From a virus (Duplodnaviria > Caudoviricetes): a stretch of 64,000 nucleotides of DNA. Positions 35,683 to 44,943 of the stretch are shown piece by piece. The position numbers were made by a program, and so were the translations under genes. Positions within the stretch are counted from its first letter, which is position 1. Each line of letters opens with the position of its first letter. The DNA lies in IMG/VR virus record IMGVR_UViG_3300007512_001664, positions 32,001-96,000 of that record. One strand, written 5' to 3'. The notes below the pieces were generated by a model. The model worked only from the letters and a program-made list of their open reading frames with translations, searched no databases and was not told where the DNA came from.

Positions 35683-36495
35683 ATGAAAGATCTATTTCGT
35701 CCTGGTCCATTCGAATATAGAATGGGACTTAGTAAAGGGAAGGCTGAAGACTTCTTTAAACATGACCCAGAGGACGAAATAGTTCTAAAAGAACGAAAAC
35801 AAATACTTTCTGAACACCCAGAAAGACATTGTGATTTGTTAGACGAAGGTAGAGATTCCCTAGAGGAATTCAATGAATTGTTAGTACTGTGGGGAATCAT
35901 ACCTTCGTCTCTACCTTTAAAGCAATTAGGTGAATCAATTTCACCTGATATTCTTTTTATGAAAGGAGACACTCTCCTTGGAGGGTGTGTCTGTTTTCCG
36001 TCTTCATGGGCTTTTGAAGATAAAGTAGGGAAGTCTTTAGATTGGATTCATGGAGCAGTACCTACATTAAATGAAAAATTTGCTGATAAGATTGCGCATT
36101 TTATTAATAAGATACCTAGAGATATAGGATGGTTGCGGAGTAATTGGGGGCTCTCGGGAGATAATTTATTGAATCATCACCCTGCATTAAACTTACCACA
36201 ATTAACAGAGAGCACAAGTATGAATGATATTTGGTTTAGAGTTGAAAGGCAATTATTATTTTCTCTCCCTAAAACACAAAGTGTTCTATTTGGAATTAGG
36301 GTACAAAATTACCCTCTTTTTGAGGCTGTCGAAGATGAAGAAGTTAAGACTGGTCTACTCGAAGCATTAAAAACTATGCCAAAAGAAATCGCAAAGTATA
36401 AAAATATAAATCGAGTTCAAGATTCTATTATAAATCATTTAACAGGTACAACTATTATTTGTAGTAATCAATTTGATAGAATATTAAGTACGTGA
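35683..36495 (+). CDS. DUF3445 / heme-dependent oxidative N-demethylase alpha-subunit-like protein
   Basis: LLGGCVCFPSSW...KVGKSL..IHGAVP...RSNWG...FRVERQLLFSLPKTQSVLFGIR. Confidence 0.8.
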   Translation: MKDLFRPGPFEYRMGLSKGKAEDFFKHDPEDEIVLKERKQILSEHPERHCDLLDEGRDSLEEFNELLVLWGIIPSSLPLKQLGESISPDILFMKGDTLLGGCVCFPSSWAFEDKVGKSLDWIHGAVPTLNEKFADKIAHFINKIPRDIGWLRSNWGLSGDNLLNHHPALNLPQLTESTSMNDIWFRVERQLLFSLPKTQSVLFGIRVQNYPLFEAVEDEEVKTGLLEALKTMPKEIAKYKNINRVQDSIINHLTGTTIICSNQFDRILST

Positions 36496-36794
36496 TCAAG
36501 ATTATCCCAATTCACTCTATTAATAGTTATACAAGGTTGCCTTTTCTGTACTTCAGATACTCGTAGACCATAAACCTGTTCATCAGGTTCAATTAATTCA
36601 GATATAAAATCATACAAACCCGTTTGTTTAACCCATTTATAATACAGGTCTTTGTTCTGTTTTTCAGTCTCTAATAGAAATTCTGTATCTTTTTTTAAAA
36701 ATATGGACACATATAAACAAACTGATCTCAAAGCGAGGTTTTCCGATGGTGGGGTAACTATTCCCTCATAAAATATAATTGGTTTAGACATCAC
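36468..36794 (-). CDS. hypothetical protein (possible degenerate HAD fold)
   Basis: 108-aa ORF. Confidence 0.5.
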   Translation of the reverse strand: MMSKPIIFYEGIVTPPSENLALRSVCLYVSIFLKKDTEFLLETEKQNKDLYYKWVKQTGLYDFISELIEPDEQVYGLRVSEVQKRQPCITINRVNWDNLDHVLNILSN

Positions 36795-37002
36795 TCTTTT
36801 CTTTATCTTTTTTCTTGCACTTGTCGCAAATTACTCGCATTGATTTACGTTGTTGCAAGTAATATGTATCGGGCAATACTTCCCAGGTTAATTGATATTC
36901 CGGGAACGTTTTTTTACATATAGAACACTCGCACATATAAATATTTAAGATAATAAGGCTGGATGATTTTTCCGGAAACCTTATAATAAATGAGTTGTTG
37001 AT

Positions 37003-37965
37003 ATGAAAACGTTTAAAGATTTTTACGAAGATAATGAAATCGCAGTAAAATACCCTTTTGATTTAGGAAACATTGAACCTTCTTTTACTAATTTTCTAGA
37101 TCGGCTAGTTGACATGCGCGCGTCTATTAAAACAATATTAGATTTAGGTGCGTTTGATTTAGGTACACAGCGTACGTTTAGTACGGTTACTGATCCTGCG
37201 ATAAATGCAGCAGTAGATTTTCATGAAGCCCTACAAACATTTGTCAACAGAGATGAAAAGGGTCAAGGTCCAGGTAGTTTTCGACCAAGAGTATATGAAA
37301 CAGAAGAGTTCAAACAACACAATAATTACGATGAGTATGCACAACTAGAAAAATTAAAACGTTCAGCTTTTCGTGATAGGTTTATGGCGAGGAAGGCTGA
37401 AGATAATGAAGCACTAGCCGCAGCAGAAGCTGAGTATTCACGCATAGCGGGTGCGCAGGCAGAAACTGAGTACTGGAAAGCATATAGACAAGCTAAAGAA
37501 GAGGAAGATGAATATGTAGATATTTTACACAGGTCGCCTTTAAGTCGTGAAGCGTTAAAGAATGATGGTAGTGAGGAGTATAAAAACGCCGAAGCCGCAT
37601 ATAACCATCCTAATTTTGATGTAAATGTCTATCTTAATTTAGTTAAAAAGCAGATAGAAAATATTAGAGGAGCTCTGTCTGAAGCTGGCTCTGCCGAGAC
37701 AAAACCTTTCGGCATAATCCCCGGGGAACATTTCTTTCAATTTGGTCAATGGTTAGGATATTTTATTGAGTATACAGGGCCCGATCGCAGCAAGCCTAAT
37801 TGGCATTCATTTAAAGTAACAGTGAACGATCGCGAACGTCGTCTGTGGGTGTATGAAGATAATGGACAGCTAATGGGATGGATGAGGGGGAAAGGGACTG
37901 ATAAAATAACTATATTGGATGAGGATGATCTAGATCAATACCCAGGAATAACGAAAACACACTAA
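37003..37965 (+). CDS. hypothetical acidic protein with capsid-targeting-like leader
   Basis: Starts MKTFKDFYE; TATAAATA at 36936-43. Confidence 0.7.
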   Translation: MKTFKDFYEDNEIAVKYPFDLGNIEPSFTNFLDRLVDMRASIKTILDLGAFDLGTQRTFSTVTDPAINAAVDFHEALQTFVNRDEKGQGPGSFRPRVYETEEFKQHNNYDEYAQLEKLKRSAFRDRFMARKAEDNEALAAAEAEYSRIAGAQAETEYWKAYRQAKEEEDEYVDILHRSPLSREALKNDGSEEYKNAEAAYNHPNFDVNVYLNLVKKQIENIRGALSEAGSAETKPFGIIPGEHFFQFGQWLGYFIEYTGPDRSKPNWHSFKVTVNDRERRLWVYEDNGQLMGWMRGKGTDKITILDEDDLDQYPGITKTH

Positions 37966-37996
37966 ATGTTTTGCAATTTAAAAAGATTATACTATA

Positions 37997-38206
37997 ATGA
38001 ATGACATGAGCTTGGAGCGAAGAGTATTTATTTGTTTTGTTATTGTGGTCGCATTTTTTTGTAGTGGGTGTTCGTCAACTAAATGGAAATGGTTACCACA
38101 AGAACCATATATAGACGACCAACGCAGAAGCGAGTATTCTCGACTAGATAAAGACCGTAAAGAAGTTGGTGGTGTTCAAATAACTGTATTAAAAGCGAGT
38201 TTCTAA
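37997..38206 (+). CDS. small lipoprotein
   Basis: AFFCSG-C lipobox. Confidence 0.55.
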   Translation: MNDMSLERRVFICFVIVVAFFCSGCSSTKWKWLPQEPYIDDQRRSEYSRLDKDRKEVGGVQITVLKASF

Positions 38207-38602
38207 ATGGAAGATTTTGAAAAATTTGAATTTGAAATGGGTAAGTGGTTCATGAAAGCTGTAGCGTTTATAGGCCTATTCCTCGGAATAATGTTTACCT
38301 GTTGGGCTCACGGTGCTCCCGATAAGCCAATCGATGCTGATATGGAAGTAAAGGTACCTGGATTAGTTTGTCCTTCATGTGCTATCGGTATTAAAAGAAA
38401 TCTTAAAAGAGAAGTCAACGTTAAATATATTGCGTTTGATATTATAAAGGAATTAGTTCTTATTGACTTTGTTGAGATTGAAGGATTTATTCATTATTTA
38501 AAAAATGATAAAATTATAAAATTAGTTAAAGACGCAGGATATGAGGTTTCTTCTATTAAACGCCTCGATAATAATAAACCAAATCGTTATAATAAACCCT
38601 GA
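38207..38602 (+). CDS. exported heavy-metal-associated (HMA/MerP-like) domain protein
   Basis: TM/signal, then VKVPGLVCPSCAIGI (GxxCxxC)...VKDAGYEV. Confidence 0.75.
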   Translation: MEDFEKFEFEMGKWFMKAVAFIGLFLGIMFTCWAHGAPDKPIDADMEVKVPGLVCPSCAIGIKRNLKREVNVKYIAFDIIKELVLIDFVEIEGFIHYLKNDKIIKLVKDAGYEVSSIKRLDNNKPNRYNKP

Positions 38603-38608
38603 ATATTT

Positions 38609-38686
38609 ACTTTAACGGTAAAGTTTCCTCACATTTCCAAAACTTTACTTAAGTAAAGTTCCTAAAGTCACTATTCCTTAAGGAAT
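38609..38686. promoter_or_regulatory. cluster of palindromes upstream of an early promoter
   Basis: ACTTTA-ACGG-TAAAGT (38609-24), AACTTTACTTAAGTAAAGTT (38641-60), ATTCCTTAAGGAAT (38673-86). Confidence 0.5.
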
Positions 38687-38741
38687 TTGACCACTATTTC
38701 TGGAGAAAAGGCTTGCTGTTTTCGCAAAAGCCGCCATAATA

Positions 38742-39137
38742 TTGGTGTTGTTGATGAATACGATGAATGATTATTCCAAAATATCGGCTGAGAACGTAAG
38801 TTCCAGGATGGCGACAGTTAGCGGTGAAGAAGCTTTTATGTCTGATCCAAAATTAAATACACAAACAGGGACCCTCAAATGGGGTGAGCGTAGGTTAATG
38901 GAGAATAAAGACTTTGCATTTGGAGATGTGACGGTTTATTCTGTTCCAGTTGAGGGTGAGATTGATCGAAATAAAATCCATATTGCTCTAACTAAGAAGT
39001 TTCCAGCGCAATCAGGACAAGGACGTATGAGATGGTTTACCGGTTTCGCGGTTCTTGTTAAAGGTGAGCTCGGGTTTAAGAGATCTAAGTTTGAGAATTC
39101 TGTGACAGTCGAGGAGCACTACGCGCTAGCTAATTAA
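38742..39137 (+). CDS. hypothetical early protein
   Basis: Follows TTGCTG-16-CATAAT; the true start is probably a downstream ATG. Confidence 0.55.
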   Translation: MVLLMNTMNDYSKISAENVSSRMATVSGEEAFMSDPKLNTQTGTLKWGERRLMENKDFAFGDVTVYSVPVEGEIDRNKIHIALTKKFPAQSGQGRMRWFTGFAVLVKGELGFKRSKFENSVTVEEHYALAN

Positions 39138-39148
39138 GCTAGCCGCAC

Positions 39149-39179
39149 TCTCGGGATAAGCTATAATTATTGTGTTGTT
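39149..39179 (+). promoter_or_regulatory. early promoter, copy 1 of a 31-bp duplicated element
   Basis: TCTCGGGATAAGCTATAATTATTGTGTTGTT, identical at 39919-39949. Confidence 0.7.
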
Positions 39180-39347
39180 GAAGATGATAAGAGAACGAGA
39201 AACAGTTGGATTGCTCAAAGAGAAGCAAATGATCTTTCCGGAATGGATGCAGAAAGCTGTCAAGGGATTAAAGGATAGCGATTTTGTAACAGTCATAAGA
39301 CAGCACACGCCTTTCGGATCGTTTGTGCTTGGTATTGAAAAATAAAG

Positions 39348-39599
39348 ATGAAACTGACTTACGATAGTAACTTCGAGCGTCGTAGAGATCCGAGAGGACC
39401 TCTAGCAAAGAAAAAAGTTTATGTTGAGGGTATCGCTGAACCAGTGGAGCTTAAATTCCAAGATTGGGAGAAGCTTCCGAGTGATATCAAATTAACAAAA
39501 GGAGAGTGCAATCAGCTTTACAACATTCTTACCTGGAATTTATCCAGTCCAGAATTTAAAGTAATGCAGATTATTCGTAAGCTAGAAAAACAAATATAA
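39348..39599 (+). CDS. hypothetical protein
   Basis: 83-aa ORF. Confidence 0.55.
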   Translation: MKLTYDSNFERRRDPRGPLAKKKVYVEGIAEPVELKFQDWEKLPSDIKLTKGECNQLYNILTWNLSSPEFKVMQIIRKLEKQI

Positions 39600-39601
39600 A
39601 A

Positions 39602-39913
39602 ATGAAGAATATTACCTTAACATTTGAAAGAAACGGTAGAACGGTCTGGTCAGATGGAGATGATCATTACACGTATTATGTCCACGAACCAACCATGTCG
39701 AAGTGGGAAATTCTATGGCAGTACACTCAGTGCGGTCGACATATTGGATCAATCCGTAAGAGGATTGAAGACAAATGGGAATATCAAGGTGAGGTTTTTC
39801 GCTATGAGCGATTAGAGCAAGGATTGAAAGTCGAGGTTGATCTTCTTGAAGCCGATGAGACTTATGAATCAGTCTCTCGAGCTATGTCTACCCCACCACC
39901 GGTTCTAACTTGA
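39602..39913 (+). CDS. hypothetical protein
   Basis: 103-aa ORF. Confidence 0.55.
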   Translation: MKNITLTFERNGRTVWSDGDDHYTYYVHEPTMSKWEILWQYTQCGRHIGSIRKRIEDKWEYQGEVFRYERLEQGLKVEVDLLEADETYESVSRAMSTPPPVLT

Positions 39914-39918
39914 CGTAT

Positions 39919-39949
39919 TCTCGGGATAAGCTATAATTATTGTGTTGTT
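39919..39949 (+). promoter_or_regulatory. early promoter, copy 2
   Basis: Preceded by TTGACG (-35); identical 31 bp to 39149-39179. Confidence 0.75.
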
Positions 39950-39953
39950 AGAG

Positions 39954-40166
39954 ATGAGAACTTACTTTGATGCAAGACACGGAGGGCCGTATGATAGAGG
40001 TACGGCGGATAGTTGGTACAGGCGCGCACGCAATCCTCACTTCTACGAAGGGCCATCATATGACTCGCCTATAGTAGAAGAAAAGGACATGACTCCATTT
40101 GAGATCAGCGAGTACAATGCTGGTTTTGATGAGAACGAGAGTGATCCAAACGCAAGAAAGAATTAA
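39954..40166 (+). CDS. small T4-like phage protein (RHGGPYDRG type)
   Basis: RHGGPYDRGTADSWY...PHFYEG...EYNAGFDENE. Confidence 0.65.
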   Translation: MRTYFDARHGGPYDRGTADSWYRRARNPHFYEGPSYDSPIVEEKDMTPFEISEYNAGFDENESDPNARKN

Positions 40167-40177
40167 ACAAAGACTAA

Positions 40178-40492
40178 ATGACTAGACTACTTTCAATATT
40201 ATTACTCAGCGGTGTTGCGTTAACTGCAGCTCCAAAGTTAGAAATAAAACGAGTATATCAGAAAGTAGTTGAAGCTACAGGCGAGCCATATGGCTCTCCA
40301 GGTGGTATTTACTTTAAGTACACAGGCTTGGATCCTTTTATCATGTACGGTCTTGAGTACTCTTATGATATGAAAACGTGGGCGCATTTATATAATTTCG
40401 GTACGGTTGGAGACAATACAACTAGCCCACTATTTCATTGGTACGAGCTACCACCAGGCAAATGTTTCTTCCGAATAAAACAATTATGGTAG
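40178..40492 (+). CDS. secreted protein resembling a Verrucomicrobia surface-protein C-terminal domain
   Basis: Signal peptide; YGLEYSYDMKTW...FFR. Confidence 0.55.
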   Translation: MTRLLSILLLSGVALTAAPKLEIKRVYQKVVEATGEPYGSPGGIYFKYTGLDPFIMYGLEYSYDMKTWAHLYNFGTVGDNTTSPLFHWYELPPGKCFFRIKQLW

Positions 40493-40803
40493 TTAGTAGA
40501 TACAGTAATCAAGGTGAAAAATATATCGGAGTAAAATCAATGACAAGACCAACAAATCCATATTTCAGATCTCAGATGAACATGACGTACTTTGAGAAGT
40601 TTTTAGATGTTCTTCAGAATATAGAACCAAACGATAATAAATTTCGATCAAAGGATGAATATAAGATTGCGTATGATAGAGATACAAACCGTGATGGATC
40701 AAAATCTAAGTACGCTTATATTGACATACCGTGTGAAGATTTGTCGTTTGCTTTCTCAAAAGAGACAGGCAAGTTGGCCTTCATAGTAAACTACAAAGAC
40801 TGA
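40438..40803 (+). CDS. hypothetical protein
   Basis: ORF; the true start is probably near 40486. Confidence 0.5.
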   Translation: MVRATTRQMFLPNKTIMVVSRYSNQGEKYIGVKSMTRPTNPYFRSQMNMTYFEKFLDVLQNIEPNDNKFRSKDEYKIAYDRDTNRDGSKSKYAYIDIPCEDLSFAFSKETGKLAFIVNYKD

Positions 40804-40946
40804 TGACGAGCCCATATTACGATACTTTAAGAAGAATGAATATAGAAAAGAGAAAAGAATTGCTCAAGAAGTGGAAAGAGCTACCTGAGCCAAAACCTAC
40901 GTGGGAATCCTTTAAGAGAAGAAGCCAATTTCAGAATAGTATATAA

Positions 40947-41285
40947 ATGATTACACTAACAAAAGCCGCGCGCGTAGCGCAAGAAGTAAATGAAGAGGAA
41001 GCGAATGTTGAATACAGTGAGTGGGTATTGAAGTGGCAAGAGATTGAGTCAGATATGACGTTCAATGTGCCATGGAAGAAGCTCTACGAAAGAGTTGGAT
41101 TGACAAAGACGATGAGTGGTCCGAGCACTTGTCGTTGGACGATAGCCGAGAAGAAGTTCTGGGCTGAATATCTTAGATTTGTGACTGAGGTTTATCATTA
41201 TGGTGGAACTCTCGATGAATTAAAACGTAGAATAACTGATCAACGTATTTATAATAGTCGGACAGATAAGACAAGAAGATTTTGA
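40947..41285 (+). CDS. hypothetical protein
   Basis: 112-aa ORF. Confidence 0.55.
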   Translation: MITLTKAARVAQEVNEEEANVEYSEWVLKWQEIESDMTFNVPWKKLYERVGLTKTMSGPSTCRWTIAEKKFWAEYLRFVTEVYHYGGTLDELKRRITDQRIYNSRTDKTRRF

Positions 41286-41890
41286 TTATGACTGAGATTA
41301 AAGACAAGGCAGCGTTCCTTTTTAAACACGCAAAAACACAGGTAAAAAAGCCACACGGCACTCACGGTGAACACGAATCCTTTACAGGTATACCAACAAC
41401 CGGTGAGCTTCCAAAAGATACAAAACAATGCGAACACATAATTGATAGTTGCCCAATTATTACAGCTGCTGGAGAACAGCGGCTTGGGGAAATTTATAGT
41501 GCTCTCTACAACCAATGGGAAGTAATTATAGAAAAGATACATGACCCGTACGTTTCACCCGATCAAGTTGGTACCGGACTTTGTGATAATGGAAGACAAG
41601 CTACGGCTGGAGTTTCGGATTTTTTCCGGGGATGTAAAATGCTTACATTGATTGCAAATACACCTGGCGCTAGCGTGGGAAGTATGCTGCCGAAAGTATC
41701 ATTCTCTGCTATTTCTAAGCTCGGAACGAAACTTCGTTTAGGGCCACCAAAGCCCCTAAGTAGTAAATCGAGCAATGAGACATCTAAGAAAAAGGTAACT
41801 CGGTCAACTCGAAAAAAGATTGTTAAGGGTGACAGCGATCTAGTTCCATGTCTAGTTGAGAGCAAGTATCTTAAGGAAAAGAAAATTTAA
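41282..41890 (+). CDS. hypothetical protein with basic C-terminus
   Basis: 202-aa ORF. Confidence 0.6.
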   Translation: MIMTEIKDKAAFLFKHAKTQVKKPHGTHGEHESFTGIPTTGELPKDTKQCEHIIDSCPIITAAGEQRLGEIYSALYNQWEVIIEKIHDPYVSPDQVGTGLCDNGRQATAGVSDFFRGCKMLTLIANTPGASVGSMLPKVSFSAISKLGTKLRLGPPKPLSSKSSNETSKKKVTRSTRKKIVKGDSDLVPCLVESKYLKEKKI

Positions 41891-42024
41891 ATGGATGTAA
41901 TAGAGATATACGGAGAAGATGCTATTTGCGGCGGTGAATGTGAATGCGGTGGTGCTTTGGAATATGAAGAAGCTATTGGCGGTTACGTTTGTGTTGAATG
42001 TGAAGCTGAACATTTTGAGTAAAC

Positions 42025-42309
42025 ATGACACTACAAGAAGCAGTTAGAATCGGAAAGGGGTTAGACTTCACGACTATTGAAGAGTGTGTAGATGCTATTC
42101 ATAGTCATGCACCTCAATTGTTCCCATATTCGAAGATCAATGACGAGCTTAGTGAGTTGTACGAAGAGTATGACAATTATAAAAAGCATCCTGAGACATG
42201 GATGACGGCTCTGTGTGGAATTGATGTTCCTGTTGTCCGTAAACTCGGCACGGCCGCGGCCCAGAACAAAAAGATAGAGTACGTACAAAGAGAAGATCAT
42301 AAAGCATGA
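42025..42309 (+). CDS. hypothetical protein
   Basis: 94-aa ORF. Confidence 0.55.
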   Translation: MTLQEAVRIGKGLDFTTIEECVDAIHSHAPQLFPYSKINDELSELYEEYDNYKKHPETWMTALCGIDVPVVRKLGTAAAQNKKIEYVQREDHKA

Positions 42310-42623
42310 GCATAAAAGATGTCAGAGCTAATTTAAACACAATCAATAGGATTGTTGATGAGCACTTAGACTTCTTGCTAGAGGTTAGGCAAGACGAAGA
42401 GATGTACAAAGACGATATTAATGACATTGGTAAGATGGCTAGTGATGTTTTATCTACCCTTTCGAAGCATAGCGATCTCTTGCATGCATTGTCTGGTGAT
42501 GAGAAAGAGCTTTGGACGTGTGAGAAATGTGGTGAGAGTACATTTGAGACTGATTACGATTACCTAGTGCACCCAAAGTTGCATTTAGACTGTGTATTAA
42601 AAGAGAACATGAATCATGAGTAA
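42306..42623 (+). CDS. hypothetical protein with C-terminal CxxC...HxxC
   Basis: CEKCG...HLDC. Confidence 0.55.
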   Translation: MSIKDVRANLNTINRIVDEHLDFLLEVRQDEEMYKDDINDIGKMASDVLSTLSKHSDLLHALSGDEKELWTCEKCGESTFETDYDYLVHPKLHLDCVLKENMNHE

Positions 42624-42810
42624 TGATATGATAAATTGGGTTTGGTGTGAAGATTGCCTTGAATGGAAGAATGCAGGTGAGGATGTTGCTTTTATATCTA
42701 TCGGTGAGCATAAGACCGGCAAAGAGATAATGGCATTTACATGTGACAAATGTGGTAATGATAATGAAAACTTTATAACTTCATCAGAGATAATGCCGCG
42801 TGGTAGATAA
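42616..42810 (+). CDS. zinc-ribbon protein
   Basis: WCEDC...FTCDKCG. Confidence 0.6.
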   Translation: MSNDMINWVWCEDCLEWKNAGEDVAFISIGEHKTGKEIMAFTCDKCGNDNENFITSSEIMPRGR

Positions 42811-42879
42811 TTAATTATATGGAGTACATAGTTTTAATTGCCGTAGGGTGGTTTTGCTGGATGAGTACAATTTTAGTTA

Positions 42880-43065
42880 ATGAAAAGAAAAAACGACAAA
42901 GACATGACAGACGATAATAAGTTCGTTCCAAGAAAAAAGCCAGTAATTAATGCTCGGTTTGCCCCGTATGAACAAGACATAAGTCCAGCTGCTACTGCCA
43001 ATGCACCGTTTGTACCATTAACGGTAGAAGATGCTTTAGCTCGACAGAAGAAAAAGGATAAATAA
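42880..43065 (+). CDS. hypothetical protein
   Basis: 61-aa ORF. Confidence 0.5.
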   Translation: MKRKNDKDMTDDNKFVPRKKPVINARFAPYEQDISPAATANAPFVPLTVEDALARQKKKDK

Positions 43066-43067
43066 TT

Positions 43068-43295
43068 ATGATGTATGCAGAATTTACTGAAGTTATTAGA
43101 GGTGGGATTGAGCAAGGCAAGAAACGTAAAATTGTCATGAATCTAGAAAAAGTAATTTCGTTTAGAGCTGAACAGGATGGTACAATGTTAGAAACTCGAC
43201 GAGGTGACTTCTATGTTGAAGAAACATATGATCAAATAAAACGTGTCTTTAATAGTAAAAACGGAGTACCACCTGCACTTATACCAGTAAGATGA
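43068..43295 (+). CDS. FlbD-like small protein
   Basis: IVMNLEKVISFRAEQDGTMLE...FYVEETYDQI; paralog of 20784. Confidence 0.5.
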   Translation: MMYAEFTEVIRGGIEQGKKRKIVMNLEKVISFRAEQDGTMLETRRGDFYVEETYDQIKRVFNSKNGVPPALIPVR

Positions 43296-43834
43296 AACCA
43301 CAATTACTAAAACAAGAGCACATTAAAGAATTGTTACCACCTATTGGTACACTACCTGCAGGTAAATCACTATCGGGTCGAAGACATGTCTTATTCTCTG
43401 ATAGTGACTATGCTATGTTCACTGAGTCGTTCTTGACACGTGAGGGTTTTAATGGATTTAAGAAGTGGCTTAACTTCTGTGGCATAAAAGCATCTGCTCA
43501 AAAGCAATACTGGAAGCGTAATTATGATTGTGACAATTTAGCTAATGCTTTTAAGACTTATATGAATCTGTTACATGCAAAAGCTAATCCGCTATCATTC
43601 ACAGAAGGATTTAAGAAGAATCTAGAGAACGAGAGTGATGCACAAGGAGTTGCTATAGGTGTCATCTATTTTGAAATGAGAAATAAGAAGTCAGCTAGTC
43701 ATCATGCAATTAATGTAGCAGTTACAAACGGTCTTAGAAATGATCCTGCACTTATCTATATAGAACCCAACGGTGCAGGTAGAATTAAACTAACTAAAAG
43801 AGAAAGAGAATCAATATGGTACGTAAACTTTTAA
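43292..43834 (+). CDS. papain/transglutaminase-like cysteine protease (Agglutinin_C/MOA-like)
   Basis: YDCDNLANAF...HHAINVAV...IYIEPN (Cys-His-Glu). Confidence 0.6.
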   Translation: MKPQLLKQEHIKELLPPIGTLPAGKSLSGRRHVLFSDSDYAMFTESFLTREGFNGFKKWLNFCGIKASAQKQYWKRNYDCDNLANAFKTYMNLLHAKANPLSFTEGFKKNLENESDAQGVAIGVIYFEMRNKKSASHHAINVAVTNGLRNDPALIYIEPNGAGRIKLTKRERESIWYVNF

Positions 43835-43938
43835 AGAAACTATTTAAATTTAAAGAAGAAGAAGATATTCAAGAAGAGCTCTTCCCTAAACCCGTTTATG
43901 TGTACGAAGAAGGTGATGATGATTCTGATTGATGAATA

Positions 43939-44124
43939 TTGCTATATGTATTAATTATGAATAACAAAATACCACTAGAAGACATATTAGCCACTATTGA
44001 TAATTGGAAACTTGAAGCTAGTTCAAGTTATAATGATGGTTGGACCATTAACGGTTATAAAGAAAAGCTTGAAATACTCCGACAACACTTGGAAGTCAAA
44101 GAAGAACCAAGGTTAATAACCTAG
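43939..44124 (+). CDS. hypothetical protein
   Basis: Short ORF. Confidence 0.45.
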   Translation: MLYVLIMNNKIPLEDILATIDNWKLEASSSYNDGWTINGYKEKLEILRQHLEVKEEPRLIT

Positions 44125-44157
44125 CCTAGCATAAATATTTATTAAGGAAAAGGTAAT

Positions 44158-44943
44158 ATGTCTACAATAACAGCAGGATCTCTTTTTAACAGGGAACAAT
44201 TAGACAGAGAGATAGATAGAATAAAGTCCGATACTACACTTAGCCTTACAGATCCATCGGATTCGTTAAGTGAACTAGAACAACTTCGTGATGATGCAAT
44301 TAGCGTTCAACAAAAAGTAGAACAGGGGTTAGCAGCACCTATTGACGCTGATGATGCTGCACATCGCTTAGCTCTTCTTAAATTATCAGGAGATGTAATA
44401 GCAAATATTAACGCTGAGCTTGGTGGTCAATCACCAGTCCCGGCGAGCCCTACAACTGCAGATTCTCAATGGAGGGGTACTACTCAACCAGCCGGCGCAC
44501 GAGTTAGAGATCAAGGGTATGGAGCAGATGCTGCAGTTCAACGGAACTCTGTACGAACAGACCCTTCTAATCTAACTGAAGCTTATAAAGTTATTAAGAC
44601 TAAAGAAGATATAGCATCTGGTATGAACCATAATGCTGTTGAACTTGACGTTGAACCTGATGAGGAATTAATAAAAGCTTATTATGAGCTAGTTAACTCA
44701 ATGAACGACAGAATAGAAGATACGTATGAAGATCAAAAAGAACTAGACATTCAGACTGGTGAAAATACTCCTCCTATTAAAATTAAGGTGTTAGGTTATT
44801 GTAAATCACCTCAAGTAAAGGCTGCTAAAACTCAAGAAGACGCAACTAGTACAAGTGGAGCCCTTCCCCCCACTGATAACATTCCAGGATACTCTGAAAG
44901 CTATATGAAACACTCAACCGCTAATCCTAAGAGATTCGGATGA
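44158..44943 (+). CDS. acidic late hypothetical protein
   Basis: TAAATA upstream; 261 aa. Confidence 0.65.
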   Translation: MSTITAGSLFNREQLDREIDRIKSDTTLSLTDPSDSLSELEQLRDDAISVQQKVEQGLAAPIDADDAAHRLALLKLSGDVIANINAELGGQSPVPASPTTADSQWRGTTQPAGARVRDQGYGADAAVQRNSVRTDPSNLTEAYKVIKTKEDIASGMNHNAVELDVEPDEELIKAYYELVNSMNDRIEDTYEDQKELDIQTGENTPPIKIKVLGYCKSPQVKAAKTQEDATSTSGALPPTDNIPGYSESYMKHSTANPKRFG

